Source: Eledone cirrhosa
Lineage: Eukaryota
DNA length: 64,000 nt
Assembly: GCA_964016885.1 (NCBI GenBank)
Contig: OZ024740.1
Span: 129,456,001 to 129,520,000 of the forward strand
Direction: 5' to 3'
Shown here: positions 13,150-27,038 of the stretch, piece by piece
Position numbering within the stretch: the first letter of the stretch is position 1
Layout of the letters: the number at the start of each line of letters is the position of its first letter
Notes under the pieces: model-generated
What the model saw: only the letters and a program-made list of their open reading frames with translations
The model's database searches: none
What the model was told of the DNA's origin: nothing
Made by a program: the position numbers and the translations under genes

Positions 13150-15242
13150 AATTATATTACACATTATCTTTTGCGAAAACACTTAGATGGAGAACTTTTT
13201 TCTACGACAGATATTGCGACAATCAGGAATTCGGTACCAAGGAGAGATTCGGATTTATTACCTACAAATCTCCCCCTCCGAACCCAATGCTCTCAGCCTT
13301 CGAGAATGACCTTTTCCAACTTTGTCAAGAACATTAAATTCAAACCCAGACAAACCTATTTATGCAAAAAATCCGTAGCAACTTCACATAGTATGATAAC
13401 ACTAACGACATCATGGTGCACTCGGATAAAACTGGGAACCTCTAATTTGTCAACCCAGACAGATACCACACACTGATCAGGAGCAGCCTAACCTCCACCT
13501 ATAAAAAGGCTAACCACTCATGCATCGAAGACATAAATCGAGATGGACAACAAATTACCTCCAGCGTCCGGGTCGCGAACCGCACGGAACCCCTAGACCC
13601 ACGGACACCCTACTTCACACTGAAGACCACAAATCCGATTTCGACCGTAAACATTCTATCAGGCTTATAAAACCTACGAAGTCCGACATAAGGAGAATCA
13701 GCAAAAAAATCCTAGACCGCGTGATACCAAAAGTTAAGCAACACGCCCGACTTAGCCTATGGGTCAACACCCAGCAAGTAATCTCATGGTTCAGCAATAT
13801 GGAGGAAAAACGAGACACTAAATTTATCCAGTTTGACATAGAGAGTTACTATGCTTCAATCACCTTAGCGCTACTTACGGCTGCCTTGGACTTCGCCGAA
13901 GCACTTGTGGCCATCACCGACCAGGAAAGAAACATCATCCTCCACGCCAGGAAGACAGTCATACTCTTCGACAACTCCAAATAGATAAAAAGAGCTCCCG
14001 ACTCACCTTTCGACGTCAGCATGGGCGCGACGGATTCGGCTGAGGTCACAGATCTTATAGGATTATTCCTAATAGCCAAACTCACCGATATGTTTCCTGC
14101 ATTCGGCGGTGGATTGTACCGTGATGATGGACTCCTAACCCTTAAAGGGTACAACCCCAGTAGTGCAGATCGGGTCCGTAAACAATTAATCAGCTTCTTC
14201 CGCGACTGGTGATTTAAAATAACCATACAAACGTCCCAACACAAGTAAACTTCCTGGACGTTACCCTTAACCTCGATAACGATCTGTACTACCCATACAG
14301 GAAACCAAACGACAACCTGCACTCCATCCACCGCCGGTCGAACCATCCTAGAAACATCACCAATAACCTGGTTAAAAACATCTCCCTCCGCATATCTCGT
14401 TTGTCCGCTAATGAGCAGATATTCGAGGAACATGCGCCTTATTACAACCAGGCTCTCAAGCGGAGTGGCTTCCGGGAGGAAATATCCTATTTTCCAGCTT
14501 CCATTAGCGGAACCAGCAGGCGATACCGCCGCTCATGCAATGTAACATGGTTCATACCACCCCCCAACGCCGAGGTGACAACTCCTATCGGGTAAATCTT
14601 CATTAGGCTCATTGAAAAACACTTCCCTCTACAACACCGCTACCACAACATAATTAACAAAAATACCATCAAACTCTCTTACAGCACTACACCAAACTTT
14701 GCACAGAACATCGTCTCCTCTAACAACAAAAAACTCAACCCCTATGGAAGAAATAACCTAAATAGCAGTGGAGAGCCGACCAGGAGGTGCAACTGTCCTG
14801 ATGGATCCATTTGCCCCTCGACAACAGATGCAGAGATCGTAATGGGATCTACCAGTGCAACGTGAGGACGGACACCTCCAACAAAGCTTATATGGGATTA
14901 ACCGCATGTGACTTCAAGAACCCGCTATACCAACACAGACATATCTTCCGAAACCCGGCCCGGCGTCACGCCACTACATTTTCGGGCCACATATGGGACC
15001 TCAAGGATAACAACATTACCTATGATCTCACTTGGAGATTACTGTCCAGAGCCAACTCTTACACGGGAGGACGCCGTCCGTGCAATTTATGCTCGGAGGA
15101 AACTTTACAAATGCTGTTTTCGACGGACCAACTCCTAAACAAGAAAGATGAACTGGTTACTGCATGTAAACACAGATTGCGTAGGACTTACCTCGCCCTC
15201 AAACCCCATAAGACCCGGGGGGTGGGTAGACTAGGGCTATAA
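13150..15242 (+). pseudogene. PLE polyprotein: reverse transcriptase + GIY-YIG endonuclease (stops and frameshifts)
   Basis: Motifs IRLIKPTKSDI, FIQFDIESYYASI, MGATDSAEV, GLYRDDGL, VNFLDVTL, VTWFIPP, GIYQCNV..AYMGLT and CNLCSEE, across ORFs 13520-13984, 14021-14212, 14401-14595 and 14811-15242. Confidence 0.92.
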
Positions 15243-16336
15243 CACCCCACTTGCCGATTTTGTAATGGGTAACCCCTGCTCGCTAAGGTAGACGTCAGAT
15301 CTTCTTTTATATCTTTTTATCGCTTCCTCTATATTTCCTTCTTCCCCCATCCATCCCTAGTCCTTCCACCCCAGTTCTCTTTCTTTGTCGTCGTCCTTTT
15401 CTCGCCCACCCGAGGCAGCCCCTAGGTCCTTTGTAGCCTCAGTACCCCCACCCCTTCCTCTATTCTATGATAGACTTTGCCGACACCGCATTTTATAGCA
15501 GATGTGTTAGACCCGTATACTTGCCCTCCTATCCGACCGCTGCCCCTTTTCCGTGCTTTCTCTATTCCTTAGTGGTATCTTTGCTTTAATTTCTCGTTTA
15601 TCAGAATTTAATTTGTTTTCGGGGGGGGGGGGGGTTCTGAATTTATGTTCCGTATAAAATTTTACATTTACTTCGTACGAGCTTTATGTAGCTTGCACTA
15701 GAACTTTTGTATCGTGGCGGCACCTTTAGAGATAGTATTAGTATTCTTTTTCGGGACTCTGAATTGTTATTTCGAATTAGTTTACTTTTTTTCACTGGGT
15801 GGTTGCTGGCCTTGTGCCTGGGCTGGAAACCTTTATTTATTATTTCGTGGTAGTTTCTTTAGTATTTTGGCCCCTCACTTATTGACCCGTCACCGTAAGA
15901 TACTCGGTTTATTACTTATACCTCTTAAAAGGGTCTCATTATAATTCCGTCCCACCTAGTATATTTTTTTTAGCCCAGCAGTACCAGTTAGAGACTTAGG
16001 TCGTAGTAACCAGAAATTGTTTATTTTTGTTTTTTTACTTTTAATTGCTTTTTAACACTCTCAGTTTTTTTCTATATATTTACCCCTTATTGTTCTACTT
16101 ACTGTTTCGACTTCCTCCCACTCCCACTCCCACTCCCTAGTATCATATTTGACCTCATGCCCAGCTGTAGTCGGCACTATCATCGCATGAATGGGTCTCC
16201 TCCACCCTCTCCCTCTTTCTCCTACTGGCAGGTGTAGCTACCCCTTCCCTCCACAAATTGCCATGATATAATTATTGTCTCAACAACAAACGTTTGACCA
16301 ATCCTTGTGACAATCACTTTGACCATATATGGAATT

Positions 16337-16432
16337 ACCCCTTGAGAAGCTCGGCTATTCAAATCGCAGGATAAACATATTCATTTAGTCCAGAATTAGC
16401 CGTCGAAACGGCTTGAGCTCAGCCGTCGGGGT
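16337..16432 (+). ncRNA. Hammerhead ribozyme, U3-A8 variant (3' pLTR)
   Basis: ACCCC-UUGAGAA-gcucggcuauuc..gaauuagccguc-GAAAC-GGCU(U)GAGCUCAGCC-GUC-GGGGU. Stem I is 5 bp, stem III is palindromic, triplet GUC. Confidence 0.75.
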
Positions 16433-16523
16433 CTTACTCGTTCCTATTACCCCCTCTATTACCCTAAGTATTGAGTACTTTGGTGCGTTATGGTCCACCT
16501 GGTTCCTTACCACATTTTCTCCG

Positions 16524-16599
<76 letters not shown>

Positions 16600-16819
16600 C
16601 GGTTCATGTGTCTATTTTTTTGTGTTTTTGATCATTGTGCTCTTGTTTTAATTCCTTCATAGTAATTAAGTAGTGTTATACATTTAGTTAATTTTTTAAT
16701 GATCTTTAGTAATTTCATTGAACATCAGGACTCCCCTTTTCTGTGCGCACGAAGTTTAGAAAACTAGATATTCTTTTTTTCTTTGTTTTGCGCCATAACG
16801 AATAAAAAAACCTTCAACA

Positions 16820-17150
16820 AGTTATCGAAAGGTGTATGCCATTTTGCCATCTGTGTGGAGCCAAAAGCCACGTAAATAATTTCTGACCCCACCATAAATA
16901 GAAAACCAGAAACCGACGCTGATACAAACACATTCATTTCAAGAAAAGACTCATCAAGACAGATGTCCGAAAGGCAGAAACAGTATAAAAAACATCAGCT
17001 ACGATAGCAGCAATTGTAAATCCAACAAGACCAGTAGCTGCAACAACACAAGTAGCTGAAACGATTACAGGACCCACGGCTGGAATACCGACTTCACACA
17101 ATCGATAAGGATTTGCAAGAAGTTTGACAGGGCCGGGCAAAAGAAGTACA
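16820..17150 (+). pseudogene. L1/Tx1 ORF1 zinc-knuckle relic
   Basis: VIERCMPFCHLCGAKSHVNNF*P (16845-16886) parallels VEGKRPKCFRCGSKTHLRAFC of the 56-kb LINE, and is followed by low-complexity Thr/Ala-rich codons. Confidence 0.5.
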
Positions 17151-17259
17151 ACAAAAACTGCCTATACCAGAAATCATTATCAGTATTATTATTATGACCT
17201 AGGGTCTCTATATGAATCCCTAAGTATTTGAGTTCAGATGGTGAAAAATCAAAACCATT

Positions 17260-17830
17260 CAAGTTCGGATTCGGACTCCGCAAATGGTGCGTACTTTTAC
17301 CTCCCTATTTACTATTTACATAACCAGTGTTGACAGGCGCAGCCGGGTTGGAAGTACTATCATGGCTGGTAGGTTCATATTCAGTCTGCCGGATTTGCAG
17401 ACGAACTGTTGTTAATTAACTCGACAAAAGGTGATCTCAGACTTGCATTCGTTAGGTTTGATGCCGAGTGAGTGCTCCATGGATGCAATAAAAATGAGTG
17501 CTGCCGATACTGACGCCCGTCTTCGAAAGTAAGCCAGTGCAATGCACTATAGATGGAAACGGAGTCCTACTGAAACAGGTACCTAATTTAATGTATCTCG
17601 GGCCGTGTTCAATAGGGATGGAAAGTAGGAGGCTGAATTAAGGACAATAATTGTAGGAGCTGCTGCAGTAATGCGGCAGCTTTAACATTCAGAAATAAGG
17701 GGAAGGGAGGTAGGTGTAAATGACAAACTCACTATCTTCAATTTGGTATTCGTGCTGACACTTACTTATTTCACGGGCAAAACAAATCGGCAGGAGACCC
17801 AGGATTCTGACCCAACGACTCTCTCAGGAA
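17260..17830 (+). pseudogene. Decayed non-LTR RT fragment (RTE-like)
   Basis: GLRKWCVLLP (decayed G-RQGCVLSP), FADE (FADD) and YLG occur in order with frameshifts. Confidence 0.55.
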
Positions 17831-17834
17831 TAAG

Positions 17835-17836
<2 letters not shown>

Positions 17837-17896
<60 letters not shown>

Positions 17897-17931
17897 TCAG
17901 CAGTAGCAGCAGCAGCAACAACAGCTGCATC

Positions 17932-17964
<33 letters not shown>

Positions 17965-17973
17965 CGTAGTAGC

Positions 17974-18006
<33 letters not shown>
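17837..18006. repeat. (AGT)n/(AGC)n trinucleotide microsatellite
   Basis: Read directly; explains the poly-S/L/T ORFs. Confidence 0.95.
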
Positions 18007-18007
<1 letters not shown>

Positions 18008-18795
18008 AAGTGGGCGCTAGTGTTTGAAATGTCCCACATATGCTGGCAGTACACGACGGGGGCAATGCAAACAAAGTGTAACTGTAAAAGGAAATAACTG
18101 TTATAAGGCGCATAGAAAAAAGTGTTTTGTAACGGGAGCAGCAGTTTAGTGACACAGCTATAATGTTAAGATTAGTATTAGCATTATCATTAGTACCACC
18201 AAACACAGACGGTGAAGCAATTGAGGCTTTCATCAACAGAAGAAGAATGCCACAGTCATTACAACGTTCACAATCGTCACACCACTAGCAGCAGAAATAC
18301 GATATATAGTACAACATAAACATTAGATTGTGCGAAGAAAGCAACGAATAATATTATGGTAGCTGAACAACTTTCACGTGCGATCTATCGAAAGAAATAT
18401 GAAATAGAGGAAGCAGATCCGGTTGAAAGACGAATGAACTAATATGAAGTAGAATTGAAGGAAATAAAGATAAACATGAACAGAACGAATGAGTTATACA
18501 AAGAATATACGAGAAAATAAATAAAGAATTGAATGACATCATGAAGGACAGAATTAATGAAATATGGAGCAAATAATAGTATAAATAAATAAATTAATCA
18601 ATAGTTTGGAGGATTAAATGAGTGGGGTATCAGTGGTAAATATAACGTAAACAAACGGATACGGAATAAAAGGCATAGGTGATTGATTTAGACGAATCAG
18701 ACAAGGAAGAAATACCTGATTGATTTAGGAAACACAAAAGTAAACATAGGGAAGGAATGTATAGAAGCATTATTGTTAAACTAAAACATCACTTA

Positions 18796-18980
18796 GGGCG
18801 GTGGATTGGCAGTATCTGTAGAGCCTCAGACACCATGCTTTGCAGCATAGAGTTATGGGCCTTTACGTTCAAATACCGCCGTGGTCAACTGTTCATTCAT
18901 CTTTACGGGGTCGGTAAAATAAAGCACCAGTAATGCACTGGTGTAATTGCTGGCCTTGTTCCAAAATAAGAAATAATTAT
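18796..18980 (+). mobile_element. tRNA-derived SINE
   Basis: gggcggtggattggcagtatc head, gttcaaatacc B-box, and family body and tail. Confidence 0.85.
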
Positions 18981-20322
18981 TGTTTGACAATGGAGGAAAG
19001 CAGATATGAATGAGGAAAGGAGATAATTCAGGATTTCTGTATATTTCAAAAAATCATGGTTCCCTATTTAAAACACACCATTGTATAATACAATCTCGCC
19101 AGGGATTTTTTTAAAGTGTATACTCATATCAGATTCAGAGAGCCGAAAGAAATACCATAAATCATTTTATAGGTCACTTTAACATATAGAAAGTTTAATG
19201 CATACATATGATGGGAGATTAAGATTATTTCAGATTTCCTGCAAATATAAAACAATTCCAGTTTTAGTGTGAAGTGAATTGCAGTTATGTACTGAATATT
19301 CCTATTCGTTTATAATAGCACTTTAAATATGCGAGCCACGGGTTGCGACCCAATAAACTGAGATTCAAGCAACATTGTTTAATGAAACACAAGTGGCCCT
19401 ATTCGCTTTCATTTACTCATTTCATTTCACAAAGATCTCTATTTTTATCACAAACCATCACCAATCCTTAACCACTTATTTATATTAGAATGATTTCGGA
19501 ACACTTTCGTTTCAGGCAACATCTGCAGTCATACAAAATGAATGTACATTAAAATTCAGAATGAAGGATGAACATGTTGGTTTCCGGGATACGATATAAC
19601 ACGTCATGAAGCTTTCATGTAAAGTGAGCAGGTAAAACATTAGCCCTATATATTACATAAACATTTGAAATGTATGCGAGATATATGTGATCTTCCGTGT
19701 ACTCGGATATTTGTAAAATAAATGATAAACATCTTATTATCACATCGACACAGACGTTCGATTCGATTTACTCGACTTGTCAAACTCTATTAATTCATTT
19801 CAATTGATACGAAATCACTATTACAGTACATGAAAACATGGTTTTGTAGGAAAAGAAAAAAAACATTTTTTTTTCGATTCATATTGGTAAAACACAAATA
19901 TCATTTTTCTCTTCATCGACAGGAAAGATTACGATGTTTATTCCTGTGACAATTGAAGTCAGCCAGTAAAAGGGACTTCGTCATTGTTTCCTGTTCGCAA
20001 CGTTTATTTTAACTCAAGGCATTTTGTTCATTGGCTTACGGATTTTCATATCCATAGCCAGTCATTTCACACGTTAATCAAACATATTTATTTCTTTGCA
20101 TCCCATTCTGTTCTTTGTCTACAGAACGAAGATTCAATAAGATTCATAACACACAGATCAATACATTCATTTCTAATTCTCAAAGGGTTTCGGAGTAGGA
20201 GAACCGCTGTTCAGGTAAAGAAAACTACAAGAATTGTATCATATGCTGAATAATACTTAAGTTGAGTCAAGTTCTTAAACTGAAATCGCAGCCTTTCTGA
20301 AAGTGATTTTCGGTTCTTTATG

Positions 20323-20505
<183 letters not shown>

Positions 20506-21210
20506 GTCTATATATACTCGTATTGGTTATTATTTTCCTGCACAGAGTATCTCGAGATTCATGATTTTTATTAACATTAATAGGGAAATTTGACCTTAAA
20601 TAGATTCAACTGTAGATTGAAATCGTAACGGAATATTCATTGGGTTAATGGTAATGGTCGCTATTTCAATAGAATAAACCGGAGTTAGATTTAGGGAGGT
20701 ATGAAAAGAAATATAGATAGATTGAGCTGGATATCACACTAATGATATTTGAAATAATGTATTTTTGTCGAGCCAATAGCCAGGAGGTATTCTGTGGTTT
20801 CTATTGAAATAAATGTTATAATTATTAAGGTGAGTCAAATTAGATACAGCGTACAATTGATTTCTTTAAGCTGACTGAGAAAACTGTAATGTTAACAGGG
20901 AATATTTTACTTCAATATTGATTTAAATTTAAACAATACTGCTTTTATAAGGAGAAGAGGTTATAAGCTGACAACATATTCAATATCAATACTGCACACA
21001 TCTTATAAAACGGCTATCTTGGAAGGGAATAGTTTTTTTTATATTTGTTTTATAATGCGCTCAGTAGAAATATGGCTTCTCTTCTTTAGCATTAAATTAT
21101 CAAGAATTCTCCGGATGATTTTTATTCTGCCATAGATTATGATATCATTAAATACCAGACATTACGCAAGCCAGCGTGCGCACACACACACGCATATATA
21201 TACACACATA

Positions 21211-21263
<53 letters not shown>

Positions 21264-21264
<1 letters not shown>

Positions 21265-21455
21265 TTTTAGTATAGATGAGATTCTACAGGACTAGAACTG
21301 TTTCATTCTTTAGAAATCATCAGGATTCCTGATGATTTCTAAAGAATGAAACAGTTCTAGTCCTGTAGAATCTCATCTATATTAAAACGTTTATACTCTG
21401 CAATGTATTGAGTACCTTACTTACTGTGGTTACCCCCGATTCAACCCGGAATAAC

Positions 21456-21457
<2 letters not shown>
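21264..21457 (+). mobile_element. Fold-back HHR mini-element in (TA)n
   Basis: Near-perfect palindrome 21264-21388 centred on 21326, plus a ~70-bp 3' extension; (TA)n on both sides. Confidence 0.85.
21324..21372 (+). ncRNA. Type-I hammerhead ribozyme
   Basis: GAUUC-CUGAUGA-(u)UUC uaaa GAA(u)-GAAA-CAG uucuaguc CUG-UA-GAAUC. Perfect stem I and III, GUA triplet. Confidence 0.8.
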
Positions 21458-21546
<89 letters not shown>

Positions 21547-21773
21547 TTTATATTCATTAGTTAAGCAAAATAAGACCACAAATTTCACAGGAAGACGTTA
21601 TTAAAAGATTGTCAACATATTTCATTTTGATGTAAGGAATGTAGAGAATAATGATGATAATATTAATAATAATAATGTCCGTTTACAATTGTTTCGCTAC
21701 TCCATATAATATTTCTGGATCAGATGAATATATATCATTATTGATCTGGTTCAGTTGAAAATAATTAACATAC

Positions 21774-21873
<100 letters not shown>

Positions 21874-22002
21874 GAATGTATATATAGTGTATTTTGCAAT
21901 ACACTGTATGCTTAATTAAAAAGCAATTTGAAGACCTTATGCTATTGTATTAGAGTAGTGACAGACTCACTTAATTTACTTTCAGCAAACAGGGGGAGAT
22001 AA

Positions 22003-22048
22003 AGCTGAAAAGGCCTTGTTTCTGCATTTATTGATACTTATCAAAGCC
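22003..22048 (-). ncRNA. Hammerhead ribozyme, U3-A8 variant (inverted copy)
   Basis: Minus strand: GGCU-UUGAUAA-GUAU caauaa AUGC-a-GAAAC-AAGGCCUU-UUC-AGCU. Confidence 0.6.
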
Positions 22049-22389
22049 AACTACTCCTTCCGTTTGCTGAAATCCTGGATGTTTTGGGTCTTATAGAAAC
22101 AAGGCCTTGTCAGCTTTATCTCCCCCTGTTTGCTGAAATTAAAGTAAGTGAGTCTGTCACTACTCTAAACAATAGCATAAGGTCTTCAACATGCTTTTTA
22201 TTAAGCATACAGTGTATTGCAAAATACACTATGTATACATTCATATATATATAGCTATTTCAGAGCAACAATTCTAATTTTTAATTTCTGCTTGACCGGC
22301 AACCGCTCTGTATAATCAGTTCGTGATTATTTACTAGAATTCTATAAGAACCAAAACATCCAGGATATCAGCAAACGGGAGGAGTAGTT

Positions 22390-22435
22390 GGCTTTGATAA
22401 GTATCAATAAATGCAGAAACAAGGCCGTGTCAGCT
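22390..22435 (+). ncRNA. Hammerhead ribozyme, U3-A8 variant
   Basis: GGCU-UUGAUAA-GUAU caauaa AUGC-a-GAAAC-AAGGCCGU-GUC-AGCU. Consensus stem III across copies is the palindrome ACAAGGCCUUGU. Confidence 0.72.
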
Positions 22436-22619
22436 TTATGTCCCGCTGTTTGCTGAAATTAAAGTAAGTGAGTCTGTCACTACTCTAAAACAATAGCATA
22501 ATGTCTTCAAATTGCTTTTTATTAAGCATACTGTGTATTGCAAAATACACTATATATACATTCATATATGTATAGCTATTTCAGAGCAACAATTCTAATT
22601 TTAAAAAAATATATATACA

Positions 22620-23270
22620 TATATACTCATATATAATAAACATTGACATGACCCAGCAGATACGCAAATCAAAGAGGCCAGCAAAATATAAATTAGAAGG
22701 CCAAGGCTAAACAGGAAAAATGAATGGAATAACAACAACAGCCACTCAAACAACACTGACCTAAGAGAAGTATAAACAAATGAATAAATAAATACATACA
22801 CAAGCACACTAACACACACTAGTAATCTAAGATAGAATACAATAACCAATACACAGTCACCCAAACACGAACACACATCAAACAAAACACTATACACACA
22901 CGCAAACGCATGCGAAGAGAAGACAACATAATAAACAAATAAATAAATAAACAGACTAAATAATGATGGCGTAGGCATACAATGCAACGGGAAGAAACAT
23001 AATAGCACCACTGACGGAGTTGCATGTGTACAACGAAATAACTTTGTTAGACTATATATATGTGTTTGTGTCTATATTGTGTATGTATTTTTGACCGTTG
23101 GTCAGTCAATGGTAACATTTAGGACCGAATAAATAAAATTAACTGATATAAAAGACACAGAAGCGCAAACCAACCAAACAGTGAGTGTGTTCTGTTATTA
23201 ATTCTGCCAATATTATTACAGAAATATGACCCACCCCAAGCATAACAATATTTGTTTCCACACACGATTT
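22620..23270 (+). mobile_element. Second copy of the 11200-11550 repeat family
   Basis: Shared blocks acgcaaacgcatgc, gaaacataatag and aaacagtgagtgtgttctgttatta. Decayed HHR core CUGACGG..GAAA at 23011-23038. Confidence 0.7.
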
Positions 23271-23328
23271 CATATCAAAAACCTCGCAAAACTAATTCAT
23301 CGCCGTTATATATATATATATATATATT

Positions 23329-23938
23329 CTAGCATTAAATCCCGGCGTTGCTCGGAGTCAGTAAGTTACAAAAAGTTAGGTTGAACCATCCATTTTATAG
23401 CGCCACTTTTTTCTCTGCTAGGCACTGGGTGAATGAATTGCAGACCTAGACTGCCGAAGCAGCAGCTGCGCCAGCAGTGACAATTGTAGTTTCGCCTATG
23501 GATATTATCTCTGTGCAAAGAAGTGTTGAAATTTATTGTTTGACAGTACTTGCGCAACACGCGCGCAGACGATGCCAGCAGATTCAACAGAGCTGCGATG
23601 GAATTGTTCTGCATGGTTGTCTAATGTGTGTTTTCTTAATTTAAGACAGTAGGGATGGGTGTGATGGGGGAGGGGGGTGTTAGCTGCTGTTTCTAGCAGG
23701 TTTAGTGACCTCATAGAGGATATTTTTTGTGTATAGTAAATAAACTTATACTTCTTTCTTCCACGTTCGTTGAGAGATGTTTCAAAAAAGATTTATCGGT
23801 ATTTTTGTTGTTGAATAAATGTATCTGTTGCTTGGTATGACATGTAATAAGTTCTCTTCGTTGTCATTGAAGTAAATAAATGTTTTACCGTTCCACGCTC
23901 AAAAACAAACGCTCTCTCTCTCTCTCTCATTCTCTCTA

Positions 23939-23998
<60 letters not shown>

Positions 23999-24011
23999 AC
24001 TCTCTCTCTCA

Positions 24012-24045
<34 letters not shown>

Positions 24046-24415
24046 CCTCTATCCTTCATTTCTTTCCCTGTTCTTTCTTTCTTTCTTCCGAGTTCCTAAA
24101 GGATGTTTGTAGTGAGTGGGTTTAAGCGTATAAAAGAGGAAGTTGCAGCATGTATGTAGTTTTATCGAATTTTAGGGGAAGTAGAGACGGTAAATCAGAT
24201 TGTATTAGAGGGGGTCAAGCGTCATGTATTAGGTTTTATCGATTATTTCCGTAATTATTGGTGAGCTGGAAAGAAATAACTAGTCGTTGACCTATGTTTG
24301 AACATTTACAACATTCCTACAGACGTTGAGTCGAATCAGTTTGAGATTTTGCAAATGTATAAACATGGAACATGCACACACAAACACACAACAACATCAA
24401 TCTGCCTTTTATAGA
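23329..24415 (-). mobile_element. Non-autonomous Helitron-like element
   Basis: Minus strand starts A|TC (tctataaaaggcag) and ends with a GC hairpin (ccgagc-aac-gccgg) ~9 nt before a terminal CTAG. No TIR or TSD; internal (CT)n. Confidence 0.7.
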
Positions 24416-24419
24416 TAAT

Positions 24420-24450
<31 letters not shown>

Positions 24451-25259
24451 GTATATATATATATATATAAATATATACATACATATATATATATAATATG
24501 TGTGTGTGTATGTGTGTGTGTGTGTGAAATTGTATATGGGAGTGTATATGCGTGAGTATGTGTGAGTTTGTGAAAGTGAGTCACGCAGACTCACATACAT
24601 TTCTATATATAAATACTGATTGATTCAAGTACATTTTCTTTTTACAACAGGAATATCATCATTAACAGGCTACATGAAAGAAAGCAAACTAGCAGTGTAT
24701 AAATAGTGATAAAACCAATAATAAATACACCATTTGTAGTAAAACTAACAATAACAAAAAACGACATCAGATGCAAGTCTAATAATCAGACATGAGTTAG
24801 GTATATCATCATAACATTTTATTTTCTTAAAACCTAATGACCGACGCTGTAAATTCTAGGTCGTACTCTATTTCCCAAACATAGTTGTTTACATCGACTT
24901 TCTGCAAGTATTTAGGAGAAAAAAATGAGATATTTTGTTTTGATGCTTTTGAAATGATAGTCCAAATATTTAAGAATACGATTACGACGATATGAAATTA
25001 TGCTGACACAGAGTGTAAATATGTATAAATATTCTTCTCAGAATGTCGAATATACATCGTTATGAATATGCTGATATATACATCCATGCTCATTCATATT
25101 AGATTACACATTTTTAAATATACATTTCATTACATATACACATACATACATACATAAATGCATACATACATAAGTATACACATTGCTAAAGTCCCATATA
25201 CTATTATCAGAGCTATAAAGATCCTATCTACTTAGGCCACTATCTGGAATTTAAATACA

Positions 25260-25620
25260 CATACTGAGGACTGATAAGATTGGTTTATTTCAAAGGGAGA
25301 GTGTCTCTCTGATGCTATCTATACTGTCAATAATCCCCTAGTCCTTTATACTTAGGATATATGAAATATATGCAATTCGTTCTCAGGAGGCCAGAAACGC
25401 TAACCTAACACATTGCTAAGATGTGGATTACCTGAAAGTTTATGCCAAGTATATAAATGGTATGAAAAAAGAAATGTTTACTTGGTTACAAAATATATAG
25501 AAATGGTGTGTCACCTTGGTAAATATTCCTATATGATTGTAAAATGAAGAATACATACAAACCAATTTAGGAACGAGGATTGCTACAAATAGTTGAGGAT
25601 AGATAAACATCATGACTTGA
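25260..25620 (+). pseudogene. Decayed R4/Dong-type RT relic
   Basis: IKIGLFQ/GES and DYLKVYAK parallel IKRGIFQ-DSLS and MDDLKLFGK of the 52-53 kb element. Confidence 0.5.
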
Positions 25621-26941
25621 ACGAAGCTTAGCGCATGACTGTTTTCACATTTCCAAACGTAAACTTTTAAAAAAGTCCTCTAAATATAATCCATGTTAAT
25701 CCATATCTTCGCATTTTAGATATCTACATCTCCAAATAAACAAAACCACACACGCACTTCGTAACTATTCAACAGCACTCAACAACATGCACACTTTAAC
25801 ACATACCTGCTCATACGAATATTTATGGACATAACACATAAGGTATACAAAAATACTATCAGAAATAAGCAAACTTTCATACCCCACAGAGCACAGGAAT
25901 AACAACTCAAATTAGGGAATCCTCACGCAAGTAGTTAAACTTCCAATAAATACGTCCATATATGATCATCAGTTCTGCAGCACATTCATCTTATAGTACC
26001 TTTCTTATTTAATACCTCAAATATACAATTATTTGACATCTGAAAACATATTCTATCCCCCCATTCACCACTAACTACATACAACTAGAGCCCTGGATCC
26101 CATTTCGTTACAACTTATCCTGAAAATAAGAGAACCTTTGACCCATATATAGCCTTTTATACCATCAGATCTTAAGTAATACCAAACTTCTTCGAAGTTC
26201 AGTTAAGATGCACAAACGGAATTCTGCTTTCACATTTAGAAAGGGGATCCTACAACACAGCCTTACATTCAAAACTGCATCCATAACTAATAAACTTTAT
26301 ATATTGGCAGAAACATTTTCACCAACAAACCCAAGTTTCTCGGTCATATATGTGTGGATTTCACAATCGCATTTCCCCGTTACACAAGATATATATAATT
26401 GTCTGAGTTGCATATTCGCATGATACCTTCACTCTTTCCACTCTCTTCGCTCTACTATTCTTATCATACATATTGTTTCCAATCCCCAGTTTCAATACTG
26501 ATCTCTACTTCCCCGTTGCTCCCCAGAACTACCTCCAAACATGTTCCATCTATCAACAAATGGCCTCACTTCAAATGTCAGTTATCAATTTTTACATTAC
26601 TAATCACAAAATATAATGAAAATGGAAAAATCCTTTGCAGATTCTCAGATTTTAGTAATGGACAAGCAATCCAAAGTAAAAAAAAAATCTGTTCATAATT
26701 TTGTAAATGTTTCATATCACAGAAAGGAATGTCCTATATTTACATGGAGGTCATATCCTGTTATTGAAAGAGGATCTGTTAGAAAGTAGTTTTTAAAAGA
26801 TGGAGAAAACGACATGATGCTGGGAAAATATATTATGCAATAAAGTTATATTTTTTTTAATATTAAAGGTTTTCTGTTTATTTTAGAAATGTAGCGAAGA
26901 TGCTGACCTCAATGACTGAGAGATGACAAATCACATTTATC

Positions 26942-27037
<96 letters not shown>

Positions 27038-27038
<1 letters not shown>

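Larger units (their letters stand above)
12358..16526 (+). mobile_element. Penelope-like retroelement, 5'-truncated, with inverted pseudo-LTR
   Basis: 12358-13150 is the reverse complement of 15149-16445 minus an internal ~0.5-kb segment. RT and GIY-YIG lie between the repeats. (TA)n on both flanks. Confidence 0.92.

Noticed and set aside
14210-14212. In-frame TGA in the PLE RT (and at 53059 in R4) as possible selenocysteine or readthrough
   Set aside because: Both fall where Gly (GGA) is expected and the ORFs carry other stops and frameshifts, so ordinary decay is the simpler explanation.
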